A stretch of 63,078 nt of DNA, the filler included, from Bipalium vagum (Eukaryota): NCBI GenBank assembly GCA_037834085.1. It is 3 parts of 3 records of this genome, joined end to end, with 100 filler letters (N's around TTAATTAATTAA, not from the genome) between each part and the next. Parts side by side here need not be neighbours in the genome. Positions count along the whole stretch, not along the records: positions 1 to 20,848 come from JBBMKC010245353.1; 2 more parts are not named here. The stretch is one strand, 5' to 3'. The notes under the pieces were generated by a model. It saw only the letters and a program-made list of their open reading frames with translations. It searched no databases and was not told the origin of the DNA. How positions within the stretch are numbered: the first letter of the stretch is position 1; the number at the start of each line of letters is the position of its first letter. The position numbers and the translations under genes were made by a program. This document shows positions 1 through 13,171 of the stretch, in pieces.

Positions 1-186
1 CCAGTCGATTCTTAATATAAACATATTTAACGCAACCTCCGATCGTTACACTCTCTAAATCCTTCTGATATCTAAAAATTAATTGGTGTTGAGGTTTAGT
101 AAAGCAAATAGAAGTAAATTTTATTACTCAAAACCCCCACATATCCAATACTGATATAACAGAAACTTTTCTGTTGTTTTACTCAT
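1..186 (-). CDS. 5' end of an unidentified protein-coding gene, divergent from GPI (partial; continues beyond window start)
   Basis: ATG at 186-184; exon 128-186, 56-bp GT-AG intron 72-127, exon 1-71. Splice phase is compatible (GA|A) and the frame stays open: MSKTTEKFLLYQYWICGGFEYQKDLESVTIGGCVKYVYIKNRL. Product not recognised. Confidence 0.55.
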
Positions 187-662
187 GTCCTGTTAGATAC
201 TTCAAAACAGTATTCAACCATTTATACAAGCATGGGTAATCCCAACATTTATGAAAAATAAACTAATATAAAATAAATTAAAAATATTTGATGAATTATT
301 TAATTTTTATATCTTTATTTTAAGCATTTTGTATTTCTTAAAACTTATTTCCTTTTTAAGAAATTTTTTTATAGTGAATAGATTCGACAGAAAATTCAAC
401 TTCATCTCAGTTATATTGAGTTAATGTTTATTAAAAAAAACTAAAAAATATAATATTGATTATCATTTATTACATAATAAAAATTATTTTATATATAAAA
501 TAAATATTTATTTAAAATAGCTTTTAGTATTTAGAGGACTAAGTAAATATTTATACTGTTTGCAATATTGTGTAATTATATTTTTGTTTAAATACCTGAA
601 CCAGTCCAGTTTTAATTGTATAATCTTTTAAGTCACGTATCGAATTGAATCTAAAGAAGACT

Positions 663-3841
<3,179 letters not shown>

Positions 3842-3948
3842 AAAGACAAGTTGCGTTAATTAGAGAATTCGCATATATTTTCCTTTGAAATTTATTGTTA
3901 TTAAGTTGGTGTTGAACAGATAGTTTGAATATTTAGAAATATTAGTCT

Positions 3949-3954
3949 AATAAA
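3949..3954 (+). terminator. Likely GPI polyadenylation signal AATAAA
   Basis: AATAAA ~110 bp after the stop codon, followed by GT/T-rich sequence. Confidence 0.5.
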
Positions 3955-5875
3955 TGTTTGGTTTTGAATTGTGTTCCAGTTGAGCTTCTTCATTTTTTGT
4001 TTTGAGAATCTTGTCTTTTCATAGTTATGTTGATTTATTAAGATTGATTGTTAAAATTTAGTATCAATAAATATAATAAATTTGAACTTTTGCTATAAAA
4101 TTTTTATTTTAATTCATTTTAAAAAGGTAAGGTGAGAACGACATAATTTTCAAAAATCTAGGCTTGAAAGAAGTGCAAAAAAATCAGCTTGCCACCTATT
4201 TAATTGCATCGGTGATTGCTCAGAGTTACCACATATCTACAACACATAAAAGCTTCCTCAATTCCTACTTCTCTTATACTTCCCTCTCTTTCTTAATATT
4301 CTTATCTATATCATTACTATATAAAATCATTATCAATATTTTTAAAAAGTATTTTCTACCTAGGTGTGCATTTGCACCGGTTACGCACTTACATATATAT
4401 GGGGTGTGTAACTGATCTTTTTTAGTCAGTGTTTCGTGTTCGAATACTGAATGAGTAGGTGTGCTTATGTACCAGTTATGTTGTCTACTACGTATGAGAA
4501 CACAACTGATTCTCTGTTATGTAAATAAGTAGTAAAATACATAGCTTAAGTGTTCTTTTGACCGACCTTTTGTCATGGTTTTTTATAGTGTTTGCCTTTT
4601 TATTTCTTTTTAACAAAAGTAGTAAGTCAAGTAAGTTGAAGAAAGGAGAATTTTGCAGTTGGAAGGTGAAGGATGGTTTGTGAACTACCCTTCCATGATT
4701 CTCATATTTACAAGAGAATGGAGGTGAAGGATTTTCTCCACTTCTGGAATCAGGCCTCAAAAAGGAGTTGGGAATTTGGGAAAAGATGCTGAACTATTAA
4801 CTGGGTTGGAGATACGGAATAATCATGAATCAATGCCTTCTGACCAGGAATCTGAGTCCAATTCTAGGGTGGTCTTTTAGCCACCTGAAAAGATGTCATG
4901 TGGTTGAATCTAATCAGAAACAGTGGAGCGCCCTAGATTTGACCAGGAAACTTGGTTGAATTGCAGTTGAGACGCACACGATCTGTTGTCTCACTGAAGA
5001 TATCCTCATGTTAGCCTGGACCCGATGAATAAAAAAAAGAAAAATTACAAAATCAAAAAAAGAAACAGGAATAAAACAGTTGAGAATATCAGAAACCAAT
5101 CAAATCGAAGAAAACTTACTTTTATGTGTTATAATGTGATAAAATTTATAAATCGTAAATTTAAATTTAATTTTTTATCAAAAAATTGCTAAATAATTTC
5201 TTAACTCATGTTTGATTAGTTTGTTTTTTATTGAAATATTAATATAATAAAACAATTTTTGTAAGTGCTTATAGTTGAAAATAAAATTAGGCAGGAACTA
5301 TTTTCAACCATTTTCATTAAGTGATTTAATGTAACAGATTGGTTATTAAAACATTTTCTAAAAACAATCGTTTAATATTAAGGAAAATACCATGATCTTG
5401 GCAATAAAAAATGTTTAGAAACCACGGAAATTTTGAATATTTATAAAATTTAATTGGTTTCAAATCATAAGGATAAATTAAATTTTAAAGGCAGTAATCT
5501 AAATAACAATTATTGAAAAATATTTTAGATATTTCAAATTCATAGTTTTATGTAAAATTAAAAGTCCCGTCTTTATGAAAATAAAAAAACAAAAATAACA
5601 ATCGAGTCATTGAAAGCAAATATCTTGATAATCATTAAAGAAAGACCGTCGATATTGAGATCTGAAATGTAAGATTAATCATGTAAAATACCTAAGATTT
5701 TTGAATAAGAGAAAACATATTGGATATTGCTTTTATAAGTGTTTCTGAAATTTTTAATCAAAGAAAATCCTCAAAACAAAGTATATTCAAAATAAAACCA
5801 AGATATTAGCTATGTTTCATTTTCAGTTATTAATAAATCAGTTAATATTAAACAAACAATTTAAAAATTTCAATT

Positions 5876-6602
5876 TGAGGTTTAAAAGAACGAAATAATA
5901 ATAATAACAATAATGATAAATAAAATAATTTTTAATATAAAAATATTTTTCCCATTTTTATCGATAATTCTTCTCTGCTCAAATGGCATTTTTCCATTTT
6001 TACCCTAATGAGCTCCTATTTGGAATTCCTTGCAGGTACCTATTAGTGCGGTCGTAATTAATCAATTTTTGCCGAGGTAGCATTAGCTCCCTTAGTTTCT
6101 TTGGCTATTAAGAAAAGCTGTCAGGTCTGGGAGCTGAGATTGGTAGTCAGGGAGAACATAAAAGTTCACAGAGATGGTAGTTTTGGAGAGATTTCATAGA
6201 AATATTTTATTTTGATATTAAAGAGGAGAAGATATTATCTTACAGTTTACAAAGTGACAAAGATACATTTTCAAATGAAATCCTTCAAAAGGGCTGACCT
6301 GACCCAAGAAAGGAATTTGTGGTTTGTCCAGAATCCTGGTCCGTAGTTTCCAATCGGGTGAGACGTTCTTTATTCTTGTTAGTTTATTTCTTTTCATCAT
6401 TATTAGTTAGATTAGTATTAATTTGGTAAAGGATATTTGCTTTAATTCTTTTCTAAATTAACTGTATTGTAACCTAACAATTTTTATCATTGGACTTATT
6501 TTCGTTATATCGATTGATTACTGTTTTTTATATCTTCTCTCTTGCTAATTTTTTTATTTGTGGTGTATTGTCGGGAATAGATTGAAGTGGGAGCAGTTGA
6601 CA
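5876..6602 (+). mobile_element. Putative solo LTR (copy A of a hairpin-rich ~725-bp family)
   Basis: TG...ACA ends. Shares ordered blocks with 17929-18653: AAT-rich start, CTAATG..CATTAGC, GGCTATTA, GATTGGT, (C/T)ATAAAAG, GGTGAGAC..TTTATTC..TTTATTTCT, TTGTGGTGT, ATTGAA..GGG(A/T)GCAG..ACA. No clear TSD; left boundary approximate. Confidence 0.5.
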
Positions 6603-7019
6603 TTATGTTAGCGGCTTACATATTAATTCTAATATTAACAGTTTATTAATACTTGTAAATTCAGTAAAACTAAAATCATATCAAGTTTTTAATTAATTTC
6701 ATTAAAATTATATATAATACATTTTAGTAATATTATATGAATTTCTAATATTCTGCATAGTTTATTTATGGATTATTCCATGCTAATAAAAATTAACTTC
6801 AATATATATATACTTTGGTTGGATATATTTGATAAAATAGTGTTTTGTAGAAAATATAGATTATCATATTTTGAAAATTTAACACCCATTATCAAAATAT
6901 GTTCTGTTTCAATTCTAGTTTGTCTAATATTTTAATAAAAATAATATATAAAAAATTATATTATTAATTAACAACTCTTTTAATGCATCAAATATATAAT
7001 TAAGTTTATCATAGATACA

Positions 7020-10000
7020 ATGTCTTTTCGACCGAAAAAGGTAATTTCATATAAAATGTGAAACTCTTAAAATTTTATTTTTATAGACCGCTAAAAGTGG
7101 CAGAAGGGCTCATAACCCGGTTGATGAAATTAAAGACAAGGATATCGAAGAAAATATAGATAACAATGAACAAAAAGTTAGATTTTTTTTAAAATTAGTA
7201 ATTTAAATTTATAATCTGTAAACAAGCACCAAACCACTAAAGGATGGGGAGAGGAATCTTCCAATATGTAATTTATAATTGATATAATAACTATATTATG
7301 AATATCTTTAGAAGAAGATTTAGCTTAAATAAAAAGTAAAATATTTTTTTTATCAAAATAAATTACTATCAATTAGTGTGGTAAAAGAAGAAACTATTCT
7401 CGATAAAGACGGTACTATTAAATAAAATATTTCAGTTGACCATGTTTTTTAGATTCTGAAAGCGATCACGAAATAAGTTAGTATTTTTGGAAGTTCATAT
7501 ACAGTTGATAATTGAATGTTAATATGAAGATATCCCAACAATCCCTGAAGCCTCAGCAGAAGAGCCACAAATTGCACATGCTCCAAAGTATTTTAATTAT
7601 ATCTCAATTAATTTACATTTTAAACCGCTTCTGATTGGTAATCGTATCAAAATAGTTCTCTGCAAAAAATATTTTAATTCATAAATATTAGTTATTTTTA
7701 AATAATAATCATTTTATTTAAAATTATTTTTCTTATTTTCGGTGAAAAATAGATGGAAAAGTCATTCTTAGACTTTGTTGAAAAAATGTGTTAAATAGAT
7801 TTTTTATGAATTAAATAAGAGAACATCTTCCAAAGTGAAAAAATGACTTCAAAATGCATATTCTGATATAAATAATGTTTCAAGCAAAGAAAATGTACAT
7901 TATCTGCATACCTTTCATTGTCATTCTTATTTTTTAGTTGTGTACAAAAATTTCTTTGTCCTTATTTTCAATGTTGTACATGTACAAACTACAGGAATTT
8001 ATATTCAGTAGATTTATTCTGAATATTCTATTTATTTATTTGGTTCCGTTCAATTTTTTCTATCAATCTGTACCGAAAATAATTATGATTGTTTCAAGGT
8101 TATCAGGGGTTATGCATTTCAGTTCACATCTTTTTTGTCTGTAGTGACCTGGAAGAAACTGAATAATATGTTTGTGTTTGCTTCCAGCTATTACATAGAA
8201 TTTTATATTTTATCAACATGTGACAGATGAACATATTGTATTTCTATCAAGGTTATTTGTATAAAAAATAAGAATAGAGGTTTTATTTCCTTTATGCATT
8301 TATTTTTGATAGAAAAGTCGGATTATAAAAACTAAATTATCAAACCAAGGGATTTCAATTCTTTAAAATGTATTGATTTAATTTCCATTTTACATATTGA
8401 TTAAATTATTTTATTATTAAAATTTTTGTCTCATTTTATTTTACATTATTTAACTTATGATTGTAAAATCAAAATTCTCATCGAATGATGATAATTCCTT
8501 GTATTAGCGGAATTTGCCTCCTCATTCAGATTCACCGTAGACATTTTTAAATTCCAACTTCAGTTTGAAAATGACATACTCTGAAGAGTACGTTCAAGTT
8601 TCTGTAATCCAAGCATGTCAAACTCAGAGTCCCGCGAGGGCCATAGGATGCAATATGTGATATCACGAGGGTCGCAATTCTACAATATAATTAAAGTTTA
8701 TAAATAAAAATTATAGCAGAATATTTTTCTTTCATATATTCTTTCATATTCAAGAATGCAAGCACAAAGGTGCATGTTTTTTCTCTTTATTTTTGCTTGT
8801 AACTTAAAAAGAAAAACACCATTATGTCTGCCAACCATATTTGATGCACCATCAGTAGACAAGCATACAAGTTTGCTCAAGTTGAAATCATAATCATGCA
8901 GAACCTCTTCGACTTTCTAAAAGATGTCCTGGCTTGCTGTAGTGTCTTGCATAGGGATCAGTTCGACTAGTTCTTCATAAATGTTGAATTCATTATCACA
9001 GGCCCTAATAAAGACTACTAGCTGTGCTATTCCAGTGATATCGATGGTCTCATCAATTGCCATAGGAAAATGTTCAAATATTAATTTTTTTTCAACTGTT
9101 GCTTCAAATCACTTGACATTTCATCAATCAGTTCAGTAACAGTGTTCCGGCTGAGTAAAATATCTTTGAAAAAGTGTGCGTTTTCCGGACAAAAAATAAT
9201 GTGCACCTTTACTTATGCTTAATATTAAATGCTGGTGGTAAAGGTTTTCAACTCAATTGACGAATATTATTAAGTTATCGGAGACTAGACTTAAAATGTT
9301 AAATGTTTACCGTCTGCATTGACGTCAGTGTTACGATGTGCAACAAAAGATTTTTTATTTTAAGAAAGGAAAGGAAATTGAAGTAACACACTCAGAGCGG
9401 TTAAGGGTATGGATGTGAGCTTTAAAGGAGGGGGATGTGAGATAATTTGAAATTAGTCGGGGGATGTAACTCAGCGGCCAGAGAAGGGCATGCGCATGTG
9501 AAGGTCCCGGGTTCGAATCCCGGTATCTTTGATTAATTTTCAACTAAAAAAGTTTTAGATCACTTTGTGAGGTAATACATTCGTAGATCTGATTTCTTGA
9601 GCTTTTCGGAATCCTTCTGGTATTATCTGAAATAACTTTAAGAAACCTATTCATAAAAAATTATTACGTCATAAGTATAGATCGATATCAGTGGAAACTT
9701 CTAATATTAATAACCTTTGAGTACAATTGTCAATCATTCAGAAACTCTTTGCAACAATAAAAATTATTTTTATTAATAGAATAATTAATCATTGAGAATA
9801 CTTTGTCATTGTTGCTAAACAAATTTCAGCCTCAGCGATTCTATGCAACAAAACATCTATTGATAAAATTCAAAATGTCAATAAGAATCTGATTCAAATA
9901 AGCGACCAACCTTTATTGAATAGGGATTTTCATTAAAAGTTAAGAAAACTTTGATTTTTAATCTATACACATTTCTTCAAAGTTTGAAATTTGACCCTTT

Positions 10001-11862
10001 TTACTTTTACTTTAATATTTTTCATTTAATTGCATATTTTAAGATAAAAATTGTCGAGGATTTTCATATTTATCTGATTTTAGATTGAATTTGTAAATTA
10101 GAATGAAATATTATTCAAATTTTTATTTTCTTATATAATTCTCCCTGTTACCATATACAGTGAAACCTGCATAAATGAACACCTTTGTTAGCTGAACACC
10201 TCTTTTATTTGAACATTTAATTCCGTACACTGTAAATATAAGTTAAACTTGAACACCTTGATTATCTGAACACCTCTATAATTTGAACTTTTCAGCAAGG
10301 ACACTATGGTGTTCAATTTAAGCAGGTTTCACTGTAATAATAATAATAATTATTATTATTACTATTAATGTAATTATTTTAATATTAACCAATTTCAATT
10401 ATCTGTCTGCCAAATCTGTTGTTATGGTTAGGTTCCACTGTAACCCTACGAGGAAAACGTAAATGACGAATAACTGCATTAAAAGTTATTGAATATCAAC
10501 ACAGAATCACAAAACTATCGATTAAGTTTCTAAATGCTTCTTAATCAACTATTCTCCTATACTTTTCACTAATATAACGCCTACCTTTTTCCGTCTGCAC
10601 ACCTGATCACGTCTTTTAATACTTATCAAATCTAATACTAATAACGACAGCGCAGACACCGTAATTAAATACACAAAAGAAAATATTATAAATTTATGAT
10701 TAATTAACCAGAGGCAAGAGTGAAAATAAACTCAAATAAAAGAAAATTAAAAATAAAAAGTAAAAATTAAAGTCGAACAACAAAAAGGATAAAAATAATA
10801 AATAATATGATCACCAAATTGGAATTGGATAAGGCTCTTCTACCAACCCTGAATTCCCTTTCGTGTCCGGCTGACATAAGTCATAAACTACCACATTCTT
10901 CCAATAACTGTTCCTTCTGATGATTACATTTTGAATCATTTCTTCTGTAATTTGACAAAACTTTTCTGTGCAATTCAACAGTAAAATTGTTTCAACAATA
11001 AGTTCTTTTTTGAAATTTTTTTATTATCTCTGACTCAATCGATCACTGCGAGCTGTTTATGTGGTTGTAAGCATCAAATCTAGGCCACATAGGTGGAAAT
11101 TCCTGTCATTCTCTCTTACTCAGTGGAAGTACCTGGTGCTATTGTTGAAACAACCAGTATTTAGATAGCACCAGATGCCATGCAGAGAAATAATAATAAA
11201 GCAATTTTCTTCCATTATTATTTTTATCATAAATAATTGTTATAATAATTATTATTGTAAGGTAAAAACCAAAATATTATATTATTGTTATTATTAATAT
11301 CATTAACGACTTTTCTTAGTATCATAGTCAATAGAGTGTCAACATACAAGGAGCTTGATCATGATTTCAACGAACATGTTGCTTTCACAAGTTTTGTTAG
11401 TTCAACTTTACTAATAAAAAAATTATTGTAACTGATTTAAAGGAAAATGAAATCGACCTAAAAATCTTATCAAGCTGCTTACTAACAAAATCAGAAGTCG
11501 AAGAGGTAAAATTCATTTTGGCATTATTGTAGAGGGATATTTGTAATAACTTATTGTTAATTAAATCAATTAAACGAGATTTCGTTTGTTTTATGTTTAT
11601 TTTTCCTGACATTTGACTGGTTATTTTTAATTTAACTTTTCCAATATTCTGAGTTTCTATAACCACTGTGTCACAGACATTGTCAACTGTCTTGGAAATC
11701 AAAGAGATACGTTTAAATGTCATACCATTTTCGAATTGAATGTTTGAATAATTAATGTAAAGAAATTTTAAATTTCAGGATGATAATCAGTGGGAATATG
11801 ATCATTTATTCGCTGAAGTCACTTCGGACTTGATTGGAAATGGGTCCAAACAAATTACTTAG
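7020..11862 (+). CDS. IFT43: Intraflagellar transport protein 43 (IFT-A subunit), complete, 10 exons, 171 aa
   Basis: Exons 7020-7040, 7087-7176, 7227-7267, 7312-7335, 7377-7411, 7453-7476, 7530-7587, 11320-11395, 11443-11505, 11779-11862 (516 nt, in frame, all GT-AG). C-terminal half NIPTIPE..QIAHAPNIIVNRVSTYKELDHD..ENEIDLKILSSCL..EVEEDDNQWEYDHLFAEVTSDL matches the IFT43 domain pattern (DIPxIP..RVxTYxxLDxD..EIDLKLL..WxxDHLFxEV). Inclusion of the N-terminal micro-exons is less certain. Confidence 0.88.
8610..9260 (-). mobile_element. Decayed hAT transposon fragment (Buster/Charlie/GTF2IRD2-like transposase) in IFT43 intron 7
   Basis: Minus-strand translation LSRNTVTELIDEMSSDL..MAIDETIDITGIAQLVVFIRA..IYEELVELIPMQDTTASQDIF*..LSKLVCLSTDGASNMVG. 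TIR-like end CAAGCATGTCAAACTC at 8610; stops and frameshifts present. Confidence 0.85.
9460..9531 (+). pseudogene. tRNA(Ala-like)-derived sequence / possible SINE head with intact Pol III A and B boxes
   Basis: GGGGATGTAACTCAGCGG...GGTCCCGGGTTCGAATCCCGGTATCTTT. Perfect T-arm (CCGGG TTCGAAT CCCGG), G:U-rich acceptor stem, anticodon stem unable to pair; T-run at ~9537. Confidence 0.65.
10158..10334. mobile_element. pogo/Tigger-like MITE
   Basis: ~26-bp TIRs CAGTGAAACCTGCATAAATGAACACC / GGTGTTCAATTTAAGCAGGTTTCACTG, TA on both sides, internal TGAACACCT subrepeats, non-coding. Confidence 0.88.
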
Positions 11863-13171
11863 AATCATGGAAAGGATTCGTTAATGTATTGTTATATTCA
11901 TGTCTGTTTGAAATAAATATTTTGTTATATTTCGTTGTTGATTACGTCGTTAAACATTATAAAAATATTTTTAACCATGTCTGTCTAATTTATCTTGTTA
12001 AACAACTGTTTTCATAATAATATTATATGATATTTCTAATTCTGTTTTCTGTCATACTTATACTGCTATCACCTTTTAGGAATATATCTATTGAAAAAAT
12101 ATCCGTATTTTAGGAAACAAAATCTGATATTGAATATTTTTGACGCGTTGATTTCGGAAATTCTATAGCACGTTCAATTAAACTTTATTTTTCAAATAAT
12201 ATCAGTCGTGTAATGTTTAACATTTGATAGTTCATTAAAAATGTTAAGAATCTCTTTCTCAACTTTAAAAAGTTAACTATAAAATAAATGTATATTAGTT
12301 TTTATTTTGACATGATTTGAAAATATTACCATCAAAAAATGGGTATCAACCTCTGAAAATTGATCAGAGCCGAAAAGGAACTCTCAAGTTGACGTTCAGA
12401 TTGTTCGAGAATGTCAGTGTAATTCTGCAAAATCTTTTCAGTTAATTCTAGTTTTCTTTTATACAGATAATTATTATTATTAATCTTAATATCACCAGTA
12501 ATAAATATTAAAGGAAATCAAGATTTTTTCCTATTGTCAAAATTCGATACAAAAAAATGTTTGTCGGTTGTCCATGTCATGGATAATTTCTTTTCTTTCC
12601 ATCGAAATTTTCCTAATTGATTTAAGTCAAAAATTACGGAAGGAACTCTGACTAGAAAGTAACATACTTGCAAGTTCTATACTAAATTTAATGACTTTTA
12701 TAAAAACACTTCCAAGTCATCCGAACTCGTTTTTATATTTCGAAACTTCGAAAACTCTTAGTACTGAGTTTGCAAATGTTTTTCTATTATAACAAGTTTC
12801 CAAGTGATACAGCAGAATTTTGCTTTGATTGAATAACGAAAGCACACAATTTTGAATCTTATTCTACCTCAAAATAATAATGACTCAATTTTTAATTTGA
12901 TTCAAATATGACTTGATTAAACAAAAATATAGTTATCCAAAGTGTATAGGTTATATTATAATTTAGTGTCATGCATATGACCGAATGAAACTTTAAAATA
13001 CTCTATATATTTTAAATACCGAAAATCTGTTTCAGACAATATAAATGAAAAATTTATAATCTACATTTATTAAAAATGTGCAGAAAGGAAAACAGTAAAG
13101 TAGAAAATTTATTTACAATTAAGTAAATATAAAAATATCGATAAACAACCTAAGATTCGCAGAAAGTAAAA

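Noticed and set aside
9460-9531. Functional tRNA-Ala gene
   Set aside because: The anticodon stem cannot pair and the D arm is degenerate.
10158-10334. Spaced TGAACACCT repeats as a CRISPR-like array
   Set aside because: 9-bp subrepeats inside a TIR/TA-bounded MITE in a eukaryotic genome; no cas genes.
10439-10676. TGT..ACA segment as a solo LTR
   Set aside because: No TSD and no second copy in the window.
11397-11723. 108-aa minus-strand ORF
   Set aside because: Antisense to an IFT43 exon and its introns; no recognisable motifs.
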